A stretch of DNA of 63,043 nt, the filler included, from Reticulomyxa filosa (taxonomy: Eukaryota; Protista; Foraminifera), in the NCBI GenBank assembly GCA_000512085.1. It is 13 parts of 13 records of this genome, joined end to end, with 100 filler letters (N's around TTAATTAATTAA, not from the genome) between each part and the next. Parts side by side here need not be neighbours in the genome. Positions count along the whole stretch, not along the records: positions 49,531 to 53,879 come from ASPP01002904.1; positions 53,980 to 55,551 come from ASPP01006278.1; positions 55,652 to 63,043 come from ASPP01007611.1; 10 more parts are not named here. One strand, 5' to 3'. This document shows positions 51,582 through 63,043 of the stretch, one piece after another. Under the pieces are notes generated by a model, which made no database searches, was not told the origin of the DNA, and was given only the letters and a program-made list of their open reading frames with translations. The translations under genes and the position numbers were made by a program. Within the stretch, counting starts at the first letter, position 1, and the number at the start of each line of letters is the position of its first letter.

Positions 51582-53879
51582 TTATTGCTGAATCATTTGC
51601 CTAAAATTTTTTACTTTTTTTTTCCCGTTTAACGTTGTTTCATTCCATTCTCCTGATATAACACTGGATATCTTCCATGATTCTTCAAAATATTTTCTTG
51701 CTATTTCTTTTTCTTCTATTTGTTCAAAAGTAAATCCCAAATTACAACAACATTCTTCAACCCTTTTATCCAAATTTCCAAATATATCTTTATTTTTTTT
51801 TAATGCCTTTTCAAAATATTCAATTGCTTTATTGTATTCTCCTTTCTCTCTATAAACAAATCCTAAATCATTGTATAAAGAAGCAACATTAGGATGATTA
51901 GATCCCAAATTATTTAAATCAATATTTAATGAGTTGTTATAATATTCAATTGCTTTATCATATTCTCCTTTATTTTCATAAGCAAATCCCAAGTTGAAGT
52001 ATAAATCACCAATAATACAATCACCAGATTCCGATTTGTTTAATCTAATTTTTAATGATTTTTCATAATATTCAATTGCTTTATTATATTCTCCATTATT
52101 GCCATAAACAATTCCCAAATTGTTATATACAATAGCAATTTCAGGATGATCAGGTCCCAAGTTATTTAATTTAATGTTTAATGATTTTTCATAATATTCA
52201 ATTGATTTATCGTATTCTCCTTTATGGTCATAAACAATTCCTAAATTGTTGTATGAAGCAGCAACATTAAGATGATCAGATCCCAATTTATCCAATTGGA
52301 TTTTTAATAATGTATTATAATATTCAATTGATTTATCATATTCTCCTTTATTTTTATAAGCAAATCCTAAGTTAGCGTATAAATCATCAGTAATATGATC
52401 ATCCAATTCCAATTTTTTATTTAATCTAATTGTTAATGATTTTTCATAACATTCAATTGCTGTATTGTATTCTCTTTTCTTGTCATAAACAAGTCCCAAA
52501 TTGTTGTATAAAGTAGCAACATCAAGATGATTAGATCCTAATTTGCCCAATTGGATTTTTAATGATTTATTATAATATTCAATTGCTTTATTATATTCTT
52601 CTTTATTGCCATAAACAATTCCCAAATTATTGTATAAAGCAGTAACTTCAAGATGATCAGATCCCAAGTTACTCAATTTAATCTTTAATGATTTTTCATA
52701 ACATTCAATTGCCTTATCGTATTCTCCTTTCTTATTATAAACAATTCCCAAATTGTTATATGAAGTAGCAATATTAAGATGATTAGATCCCAATTTACCC
52801 AATTGAATTTTTAATGATTTATTATAATATTCAATTGATTTATCATATCCTCCTTTATTTTTATAAGCAAATCCCAAGTTAACATATAAAATATCAATAA
52901 TACGATCATCCGATTCCAATCTATTCAATCTAATTTTTAATGATTTTTCATAATATTCAATTGCTTTATTATATTCTCCTTTCTTATAATAAATATTTCC
53001 CAAATCGTTGTATAAAGTAGCAATTTCAAGACGATCAGATCTCAAGTTACTCAATTTAATCTTTAATGATTTTTCATAATATTCAATTGCTTTATTGTAT
53101 TCTCCTTTCTTATAATAAATATTTCCCAAATTATTGTATGAAATAGAGACATCATTATAATGATCAGATCCCAATTTGTCCAATTGGATTTTTAGTGATT
53201 TATTATAATATTCAATCGACTTGTCGTATTCTCTATTTTTATAATAAACAAATCCCAAATTGTCGTATAAAAAATCAATATCAGGATGATCATGTTCCAA
53301 TTTATCTAAATCAATTTTTAATGATTTTTCATAATATTCAATTGCTTTGTCATATTCTTCTTTGTCGCAATAAATATCCCCCAAATTATAATATGAAATA
53401 GAGACATTATGATGATCAGATCCTAATTTATCCAATCCAATTTTTAATGCTTTTTTATGGTATTCAATTGCTTTATTATCTTCCCGTTTTTTATTATATG
53501 TTTTACCTAACCAATTATAAGAATTACTAATATCAATATGAAAATCATGTAATATTTGCAATCTAACACAAAGTGCAAAACGAAATAATTCAATTGCTTT
53601 ATCAAAATTTTGAATATCGAATGAATATATTCCTAATTCCATTAATTTTTCTGTATCAATAGGCCAAGAACAAGTAAAAACAGGAGAATTAAAATGACAA
53701 CGAATAACAGAATTATTTGTATGAATAAGTTGTTGTGTAATGTCACAATTTCCAATTGCATCAATAATACAATCAACAACATAAATACATCCATCAATTG
53801 TAATATTATCAAATATAATTTTTTTTTAATAAAAAGAATAAATAGAATATTGTCCAAGTGTTAATCTTTTTTTCATATG
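51582..53879 (-). CDS. TPR-repeat protein (42-aa kinesin-light-chain-type repeats), intronless; possibly pseudogene
   Basis: 686-aa ORF with ~15 repeats of YNNLGxVYxxKGEYDKAIEYYEKSLKIxLxKLGSDH. The frame continues upstream of the ATG (ITIDGCIYVVDC...) to an in-frame TAA at ~53826-53828. Confidence 0.9.
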
Positions 53880-53979
53880 NNNNNNNNNNNNNNNNNNNNN
53901 NNNNNNNNNNNNNNNNNNNNNNNTTAATTAATTAANNNNNNNNNNNNNNNNNNNNNNNNNNNNNNNNNNNNNNNNNNNN
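53880..53979. other. Artificial assembly linker
   Basis: 44 N + TTAATTAATTAA + 44 N. Confidence 0.98.
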
Positions 53980-54026
53980 AAAAAAAAAAAAAAATGACTT
54001 TGAATTGCTTGATGTGGTTTGGACAG

Positions 54027-54776
54027 GTGTCGATGTGTACACTGCATTAGCAGGGTCCGCAGGTGCGCTGTATGGCCCTTTTCATGGAGGTGCTAGTGAA
54101 GCCGTGGTGCGAATGTTAGAAGAGATTGGTGATCGCAAAAATGTACCTAGCTTTATTGAAAAAGTGAAAGCGAAGAAGGTGAAGTTGATGGGATTTGGAC
54201 ATCGTGTGTACAAGGCATACGATCCTCGTGCCAAAGTCGTTCGCAAAATGGCTGACCGAGTCTTTGCAATTGTTGGAAGGGAGCCGCTGATTGAAATCGC
54301 TGAGGACTTGGAAAAAACGGCTTTGAGTGATCCTTATTTTGTCAAGCGAAATCTTTATCCCAACATTGATTTCTATTCTGGATTGATTTACAAGGCGTTG
54401 GGATTCCCTACTGACTTTTTCACCGTTTTATTCACCATTCCTCGAACTGTGGGTTGGCTGGCTCATTGGTGTGTTTATATGGATGGTGCACTTTTTTTTC
54501 TTTATTTTTTTGAAAGAAGAGCAATTGGATGAGATGTGTGTGTGTGACTTTATCAAAATAATTTGTGTGGTATTGATTTTTTAAAAAAAATGTAGGAATG
54601 AGTTTTTGGATGACAAGGACAATCGTATTGTGAGACCGAGACAAATCTTTTTGGGACATAAACGCCGAAGTTATGTTCCGATTGGTGACAGACTAGTTGA
54701 CAGTTCAAACCCAGAAATCCAATCCAGTGTTTCAGCTGAATCCAAGAGACGGTTTGCTTCCTCGACGGCTCCTTGA
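54027..54776 (+). CDS. CS: Citrate synthase, C-terminal part (peroxisomal/glyoxysomal-like type; 5' lost in gap)
   Basis: [41 protein letters not shown]|, IVRPRQ. Intron 54469-54595; TGA 54774-54776. Confidence 0.93.
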
Positions 54777-55551
54777 AAACCGCGAAACAGTAGCTCGATT
54801 TTTTGAATTTTTGTTTTGGTTCATCATTGCCTTTTATTTCTTTATTCCTTTGCAAGGCAGAAAAAGCCGCTTTTGATAAATTTCCACGAAAAAAGATTTC
54901 ATTAGTGGGAAACTTTTTCAAGAGGCCTTAAAATGACTTTGGCAATGTTTTATTTGTAATACCTCAACTTGGTAACTTTTCTCCAAATAGTGGACTCAAA
55001 GCCAAAAATTGCACAGAAAAATTCCTAGTTTTCTTTTATTTCAACAGACCGAAATCAGTCAAAAATTAAACATATTTTTTCCAAAGTTGCACTTCAACTT
55101 TCTGGTAGGAAAAAAAAAAGAAAAAAGACTAAAAAATTATTATTAATCAGCATTTTCCTATTAATTATACATTATAATTTACTCAAATCAGCTGACTGCT
55201 TTGTCTAAAACAAAAAGCTCAAAGTTATAAATTTCTAAGTAGACTTTAATACTTGTGATCATTGTAGTTTCTTAAGCTTTCAGTGCTTTGTATGTTTCCG
55301 AAGTACAATTTCTTTTGTAAAAACAATTTAAAATTTATATAATTTTCTTTGTTACAACAACAACAGATACTTTCGAACTTGCTTCTAGTTCTAAAACTGT
55401 AAATAGTGTCTTGATAATATCTGGACTTACTTCGTTGTGCAACCACATGACAGATAAAAAAAAAAAAAAATGGGACTACGTTCCCCCCTTGCAGCTTGTT
55501 CATTTAATATTTTTTTATTGTGATTTTTATTTGACAAAACAAATCAATAAC

Positions 55552-55651
55552 NNNNNNNNNNNNNNNNNNNNNNNNNNNNNNNNNNNNNNNNNNNNTTAAT
55601 TAATTAANNNNNNNNNNNNNNNNNNNNNNNNNNNNNNNNNNNNNNNNNNNN
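55552..55651. other. Artificial assembly linker
   Basis: 44 N + TTAATTAATTAA + 44 N. Confidence 0.98.
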
Positions 55652-55775
55652 TCAAAAAGGGGGTGGTGTTTTTTTTTTTTTTTTTTTTTTTTTTTTGCAA
55701 TCACTTTACAATTCTATGTTTCAATGATCCACATACAACAATTGAACCAATAACTTTTTTTTTCTTTTCTCCCAG

Positions 55776-56462
55776 TCGACTTGTGGTCTGTTGGATGTAT
55801 TCTCGCTGAGATGGTGTTGCTCAAACCTTTGTTCCCAAGCGATCATTGTTATTACTTTTATCTTTTTGTTTCATTTCATTTCATTTGTTAATTTTTTTGT
55901 TTTTTTTAAGAAAAAAATCACTTCACAAAAAAAAAAAAAGAACATCCAACAGCTGAACATGATCTTAGAATTGGTTGGCACTCCGTCAGAAGAAGATCTT
56001 AGAACAGTCACCAACACGAAAGCATTGAAATATATTAAAGGGCTGCCACCTATTCCGCGCAAAGATTTCAAGACTTATTTTAAGGGCGCGATACCGTTGG
56101 CAGTGGACTTGCTTGAGAAGATGCTTGTGTTCAACCCAGAAAAGAGAATTAGCATTGACGACGCTTTAGCGCATCCCTATTTGCAAGCCTTGCACAATTC
56201 CAAACGTGAAACTGTATGCGATAAGAAACCAGACTTTTCATTTGAATTAAAGTGTAAAACTCGACAAGGCTTGAAAGGTATTTTTTTTTAATTGATGTTC
56301 CAAAAAAAAAAAAAAAGGAAAAAACTGTAATTGCTATTTTTAATAGAACAAATGTTGAAGACATGTCTAGAAGTCCGTGAAGAATATAATAAGAAATGCA
56401 ATAAGGAAACAATTCCTGCAAAACTGGCTGACAGTCAATCCCAGCCATCGAAAACAAATTGA
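55776..56462 (+). CDS. MAP kinase, C-terminal exons (5' lost in gap)
   Basis: DLWSVGCILAEM..KPLFP, QQLNMILELVGTPSEEDL, AVDLLEKMLVFNPEKRISIDDALAHPYL. TGA 56460-56462. Confidence 0.9.
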
Positions 56463-57200
56463 CCTTTTTTTTTTAATTTATTATGTTTGTCAATTTTGAA
56501 CAACTGTTGTTATCATTGTATGAAACACGTTCATTGTTGGTGAGTAAATTTTATTGTTAAAATAATACATTAATAAATTCATTTTTTTTTTCGCATTGTT
56601 GCGCGCTCTTAGAACATTTATATTTGTTTCATCTCTTTTTTTGTAAAAAATACCATTCCCACTGTCTACAAAGCACCAATGTGCAAAAAAAAAAAGTTTT
56701 ATTCCATTGGAAGCGAGTTGGAAGTCATTAGCTCTTACAACGGTTTTTGAATAAGATTGAAAAGCTGCAAAACGTTTGCAAAAAGATGGAGCAGAGTAGC
56801 GAGCTGTCAACACAATATTCTATTCGTAATTTGCCAACAATTAAATATTTCGTGAATGGAGATTTGGAAAAAGCATAGGAATATAATGGATGAAGAAAAG
56901 AACGAGATATTGTCTCTTAAAAATAAAAAATTACAAAATTTTTTTAAAAACATGAAAGTAGGTAACTTTTTTAATTTTTTTAAACAACAGATTAATAAAT
57001 AACAAATTTTTAAGAAATGAAATTTTTTTAAAAAAGTTTGATTAAAGAAAAATAAATTATCCATAAACACTAACATAATCATAACACAAATTCAAATAAT
57101 ATATATTATTCTTTTTATATTTCTTTTTCAATTCAATAAATTTAATACATTGCAATTCATAATATCTTTTATCACATTTGATTATAATATTGTATTTGAT

Positions 57201-57525
57201 AGTTCGTTTAATCAATGATTAATATCATAGTCACTAAGAACTCGATAGGCTTAGCACAGTATGAATATTTTAGTCTTATTGACTATGATATTAATCACTA
57301 GGCCAAACTTTGCACTATATTGTAGACTACTAGTCATATTAGCATACATAAGTTACATAACATATCGCTTGAATCGATATAGGTCAAGGTACAATAGTAT
57401 ATTTTATGACTTAGGCCATTATGTCATAGTAGGTTAGGCCAAGCCATACTTATTCAATTTTACATTAGACTTATATTGATTCAAACGATACAATATGGTG
57501 CTTATGCAATGTTGAAACGCTAATA
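57201..57525. repeat. Fold-back element with two long imperfect inverted repeats
   Basis: 57216-57239 pairs with 57274-57297 (23/24). 57363-57385 pairs with 57468-57490 (20 Watson-Crick + 2 G-T + 1 mismatch), with outer TATTAGC/GCTAATA. Confidence 0.8.
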
Positions 57526-57569
57526 CAAAAAACACAGTTTGTATATGCATGAAAAACATATAATGATTT

Positions 57570-57640
57570 ATGTGTTCCAACATCCCATAAACGAATCGTT
57601 TGATCATTAGATCAGGAATACAAATATCTACAACAATTAT
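57570..57640 (-). pseudogene. Short WD40 remnant
   Basis: Reads RYLYS*SNDQTIRLWDVGT on the minus strand. Confidence 0.6.
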
Positions 57641-59104
57641 AAAAAGGTCTTGAGCTTCTCAATAAAGAGATACTAGATCAATGCAATATCACATCAGGAC
57701 AAACGCTGCAACTCGCATTGAGAGTCCAGCAAACAGTAAAGACAACAGTTGTCATCACCTCGTCTACAACAAATGAGCCAGGAGCAGATGGTCTTCATGT
57801 CTTACGTCGAACGTCCAGTGCGGAGATGGCTCAGAGATTTGCGACATTGCTTTTTTTTAAAAAAAGTCCAATTTTTTTTCACTCATTTTTCTCCCTTTCC
57901 ACCCCTCCCACAAAAAATTTGGTGAAATACTTTTAAAAAATTGATAGTTCTGACAGCGGGATTTAAGGTGGCGCTGTGCGTGATGGTTTGCATATTGTTA
58001 ATATGTAGTGCGGTGAATATTGCAGCAGTTACAATCGGTCATGGATCAAATTGAATACCTTTTTTTTTTGTGATCACTTGCTAATTGCGTTAGTGTGTGG
58101 TCATTCAATGTAATTTTCTCACAATATAGTTTTCTCATTTTTTGATTTGTTTATCTTTTTAAAACTTTGGTAATAATGAGTTCATGGTATCGTAAGCCCC
58201 TGACAAAATTATTAATATTAAAGCAATGAGATTAACATTAATAATAAAATAGATTTGCTATTGTCAAAATTTTTTTTTTTAACAAATTGTTCAAAACTTC
58301 TTTCGCTTAAATTAAAAAAAATAATAATAATACAAAAATTATTATCAGAATCTTCGTTTAGCTGATGCCCTCAAAGGCCCTGATATTAAACCTTTGAAGT
58401 TAGAGACAAACCAAATTTTCTGACATAAATTTGATATCTCTACCGTTGAGGTAGTTATAAACCTAACTATGTCCTTGCTCCCTTACCCTATATAAATTTT
58501 CATTTTTTTTTTTGTGCCACAAAACTGGATTTATTTAAACTTCTAACAAATTATTGTTCTGCTTTTAAAGTTAGAAACCATAGAACAAGCAATAACCACT
58601 TAGAAAACATTTTCTAACTAGTTTTGCTAACTTTGTTTCATCTCATAAGCGTGTTTTTTGTAGAATTTTATACACAATGATGTGAGCAAGCGATGCAATT
58701 AGAATTTGAAAAAGCTGCAAAACGTTTACAAAAAGACGGAGCATTCAAGAGAAACTTCGAAGACTTGTTTAAAAATTTGACTATTTATAAATTATGGAGT
58801 GTTTTTATACTTGAAGGTTAAGATGTTCTACAATGTCTTCTTTTTAATTGATTATACAATATACGTTTATATAACATATATGAAGTTTCTGTTAGTACAG
58901 ATGAGCCTCTTGAAATAACATGTTGTTTTTTCGATGAATACAACAAAATCAAACTGAATTATAATTTTTTTAGTCGTTGAGCTGCAAAATAGGATGAAAA
59001 AAAAAAAAGAGCATCACAAAACTCACCAAAAACAAAATTACAAAATTGCAACAAAAACATTTTTTTTTGGGATATCAATTCAAAAAAAGAGAAAAAAAGG
59101 CAGC

Positions 59105-62100
59105 TCAATCAAAATGATATTTCCTGCATTTTTGCTGTCTTTCGCATTTACAGTTCTTCTCCAGCAGCATTATCCTGATGTTCTTCCGCGGGTTGGTCAT
59201 TTGCGTCAGGGACGCATTTTCAGTTTCGTTGTTTGCGGTATGACTCTCAACAGGTTTCTCCTCATCTATATTTGAATCAAAAATATAACACAATAAAGAA
59301 AAATACAGCAGTCATTATTCCTTCCCCCTTTTTCCTTTCTCAAAACTTGCGGGTTGTGTTTCTTCGGCTGGTTTCTCAGCAGAAGTTTCTTCGGCTGGCT
59401 TCTCGACAGATGTTTCTTCAGTTGATGCTTTTGGTTCTTCATTAATTACAACTGTTTCTTCCTTTGATATAACATCATGTTCGTCTGCAAATTAAAAACA
59501 AAAATACGCAACATTTTTAAACAAAAGAGGATTTTATATCCAAGCAAAAAAAAGTACCATTTGGTTGTTCTGCAGCGTCAGGGGTTTTTTCTTCATTTTC
59601 TGTGTAATAAATATTTGACAAGACATTGTAATGTACAGTTCTCTTTTCAAAGCTTGCTTTTATTTTTTAAAAAAGAATAGCAATAAACCTGTGGTGGCAG
59701 CAGTCTGCGTGGCATCGGCATCGGACTTGACTTCAGTCGATTCGGAAGTGGTGGTTTCTGTCGCAGGGGCATCAGAATTGGCGGACGGTTCAGTAGTTTG
59801 GGCAGCATTGTTTTGTGAATCGTCTGGTTTGGTGATGGACTCAACACCGCCAATACTTTCAACCCACGCTTTGAACTCGGCTAACGAAATGTGGCCACTG
59901 CCATTGCGATCAACCGTTGCGAACAGTTCACGTGCCGCCCTTGGATCACATTGCATCGTTTCGATGGCCAGTTTGGAAAACTCCTGTCGGTCCAACATTT
60001 GATTGCCATCGGTGTCCAGTTCTTTGAATTTGAGAACTACTGATTGTAACTTCTCACGTTCGCTTTGAATTTCTGTCAGACGAGCATCCTTCAAGGCCTC
60101 AATACCTTTCTCTTCCTGTCGCAGGTTTTATTACAGCCATACATATATAACATTAATTTTTTTTAAATATGTAGAGATGAGCAAAAATAAACAAAAATAG
60201 TAGTGAGTGGATGGATTGGGATAATACAAAAATTAAGGGTCTATTCAAAAAAAAAAAAAAAAAAAACGTAAAAATGTAAATACCTCTGTGAAATCGAAAT
60301 GAGCACCCTCTTCGGAGGTCAATTTACGGACAATGGCGTGTTGTTGGATATAAACACCAAATCCTTGAGGACATTGGAAGAATTCATGTCCCCGAAATTC
60401 GCCATCGCATTCACCTTTTTTTTCAACCAAACGAATTCCAAACCAAATGCCAGGTCCAATATTGTCGGCCTCTCCAACGTATTTAACTTGTCCCATTTTG
60501 TCGGGTTTTATCACCACCTTGTCCCCAACGTGCACTTCCTCTTGCAATGACTTTTCTTCTTCCGCTGGTGCTGCATCGTGTCCATGTTCATGTTCATGTT
60601 CATGTTCATTTTCATGTTCATGATCGTGTTCCTTATCGTGTTCATGATCATGTTCCTTATCATGTTCATGATGTTCCTTATCATGTTCATGATGTTCCTT
60701 ATCGTGTTCGTGATTATGTTCCTTGTCGTGTTCGGGTTCCTTATGATCTTCTGACGCTCCTTTTGAGGCCTTGGCCTTGTCTGTTGCCACTGCCGGTTTT
60801 TTTGCAGGGGCGATTTTTGCTGGCGGCTTTTTCGCGGCACCAGTTGCTGCTGTTGTACTTGGCTTTGCCGTCGAGCCTGGTTTGGTGGCTGCCGGCTTTG
60901 CACCAGTTTTCAATTTATCTGCAGCAGCTGTGCTTGTAGAGGTCGCTGGTTTGGTCGCCTTTGCCTGAGGGCTTTTGTCTTTCGGTGCCGCCGCGGCTGT
61001 GCTCGTGCTTTTTGCAGCTGGGCTTTTCTTCGCATTTGTACTGATCGCTGTGGTGCTTGGTTTCTTTGCTGGACTGGCAGCGCTTGTCTTTGCTGCTGTT
61101 GTCGAAGCTGCTGGGGACTTTTTTTCTTCTGCAAAGTTATTATGTTAAGGTTGTGTATGTGTGATTGTGTGTTTTTTTTTTTTTTCTTTAATTTTGTTTT
61201 TTTTTTTTTTGTTTGTTCAAATGACCAAGAAAATTTGTTAATAGTCGCACCACAACCATTAAATAAAAAAGTATACGTGACTAATTTTTTAAAAAAAAAA
61301 AAAGTTTAATAAAAATATCTTCTTACCGATAATTTCAATCGCATCACTTCGAACAAAAATACCATGACTATCTTTGCACTTGAAATAGGAACGCTCTTTT
61401 ATTGTTCCATTGTTCTCGCCATTAGCCTCGTCAAGCTCTACTCCAATCCACAGACCCTTTTATTTGGTTTGGTTTTCGTGTTCAACAAACAAAAAACAAA
61501 TGTTACAAAAATCCATAAAATAATAATTTTTTGTTAAATTTGCAAATAAATGAAAAGCTGTTATGTAAGTATGACAAAACCAAATCAAAAAAAAAAAAAA
61601 ACAGCAAACTTACCTCGTCAAAGGATACATGGCCAATGTAACGCACGACCCCGTGCGCTTTTTTGGCGGTTATGTTCACGCGACTGCCGACAGTAACGTG
61701 AGGAAACAGCTTTGATTCTGGCGTTGCTATTTATTTCATCCCATTGCGTTCACACACACACCTTTTTCTTAACATTATTACTCTTAAAATTCTTAAAGTT
61801 GTCCCATTCCCACGATTCGCAATATCTTTTGTTTTTCTTTTTTTTACACTAAAAAGGTACTATAAACAAGTTTTCTTTAAATACCTTTGGTTTTGCTAAT
61901 TTTTATTTTAGTTGTGAAAATGCCTTTATTCGGCCCGCATTCAAAAAATTTCTGTCCGTTTGAAGTTCCATCATTTTTACCAACACCACTCTTCAATTCA
62001 ACTCCATAAAATGTTGGAACGCTTTTGTCTTCCATTGGTCCAACGAAACGCACAATTCCTCGTTTTGTGTCATGCAACGTCACCTGATTTCATTGTGGGA

Positions 62101-62238
62101 TTCGTTTTATCAAATCAGAGCATAAAGAAACTTTTGAAAGGGCAGGGAGAGAAAAAAAACAAGAGGCGAGATAAAAATCACCTCATCTCCAAGATAGATT
62201 TCTTCATTCACAGACTTCGCCGCTGGTTTTTGTGCCAT
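59105..62238 (-). CDS. Microtubule-binding protein with three CAP-Gly domains, His/Glu-rich repeat, EF-hand pair and acidic tail (multi-exon)
   Basis: CAP-Gly 1: GIVRFVG..FYGVEL..GKNDG..FFEC..KGIF. CAP-Gly 2: GVVRYIG|GLWIGVELDEANGENNG..YFKC..HGIFV. CAP-Gly 3: GQVKYVG..WFGIRL..GECDG..FFQC..GVYI. EF-hands DTDGNQMLDRQE and DRNGSGHISLAE. ATG 62238; stop at 59105, or 59148 if frameshifted. Confidence 0.88.
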
Positions 62239-63043
62239 CTTCTGTTTAATACTTGAATATATATAACAGCAATAATATAAAAACACCTAAAAAATAACTC
62301 TAAATTAATTTCTTTTCGGGAAAAGAGTGAAAAAAAAAACTTTGCACTTCTGCAGCTGTTTATATGCGATTGTGATAGTAGAGAAATTTACAACTTCTTT
62401 TCAAGATGTTGAGTATGTGCATAAAATATGTTTTTCAATTTAAAAATGTAGTCGGAACAAAGCTAGTACTTCATAAAAAAGACACAAACTAAACTTATAC
62501 ATGCAAGAGCAAAAGGTTAGCAAGGAAAAGCATTTTAAAGATATATTAATATCAAGAAAATTAAATCTCTTAAAATTATTATTATTGTAGTTAATGTAAT
62601 ATAATAATTTTGTATATTGAAAATACTATTTGTTTTTTTTGGATAAAATTAATAATATCATATTTAAGAAGCAATAGACATGTTTCTATATAAGATATTG
62701 CTGACTTGATTAAATGAAATAAATAACATTAACATATACACAGTTATTAACAATCAGCATTGATATTGTTGTAATATTCTTTTGTTGTTAGTCATATGTT
62801 TTTAATATTCAAATTCAATATTAGATAATTTGTGTGAGATGAAAAAATGATTAAACATTTTTTTTTCCCTCAAGATAATGAAGGAGTTATTTAAACAAAA
62901 ATTATAAATTTATTTCATCATTCATAAAAAAAAAGGATAACATAATCCTCTCAAAATTATTTTGAAAAAAAATTGTAATTTTCATTTTTTTTTATTTAAG
63001 AACTGGGATATTACGTTCTTTCAAAAGTGCAAGTTCATCCTCA

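Noticed and set aside
53826-53828. Stop-codon reassignment suggested by in-frame stops
   Set aside because: Conserved genes end at TAA, TAG and TGA and their exons have no internal stops; in-frame stops occur only in decayed repeat genes and retroelements
21318-55651. TTAATTAATTAA recurring 12 times as a biological repeat
   Set aside because: Always centred in exactly 44+44 N; it is a synthetic six-frame-stop linker
1-63043. tRNA, rRNA, snRNA or ribozyme genes
   Set aside because: No convincing cloverleaf, rRNA or hammerhead core found by eye; tRNAscan-SE and Rfam cmscan would be needed to exclude them

Overview
AT-rich, intron-containing eukaryotic genomic DNA. It is not prokaryotic: there are no operons, CRISPR arrays or recognisable rRNA/tRNA genes. 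The window is 13 pieces separated by 12 artificial 100-bp linkers (44 N + TTAATTAATTAA + 44 N), so adjacency across linkers is not established and several genes are cut there. Composition, decayed WD40 and 42-aa TPR repeat genes and the LINE family resemble the foraminiferan Reticulomyxa filosa; this is my inference, not a database result. Recognisable GT-AG spliced genes: axonemal dynein intermediate chain (WDR78/DNAI4-like), MMS19, a ZIP zinc transporter, a CMGC-like pseudokinase, PSMG2/PAC2, a MAP2K-like kinase, gluconokinase, a SAM+PX protein, a group II PLP decarboxylase, a beta-trefoil+PhyH dioxygenase, TELO2, a BMT5/DUF2431-like protein, a TPR protein, citrate synthase, a MAPK and a triple CAP-Gly/His-rich/EF-hand protein. 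There are also three decayed LINE remnants and several WD40 remnants. The most unusual signals are a ~330-bp fold-back element with recurring TAGGCCA motifs, the CAP-Gly/His/EF-hand architecture, candidate 26-27-nt introns, repeated one-base-short homopolymer frameshifts (probably sequencing errors), a bacterial-like decarboxylase with a targeting-like presequence, and a fragment of a giant propeller-containing protein. I found no multi-gene novel system that I can support with confidence.
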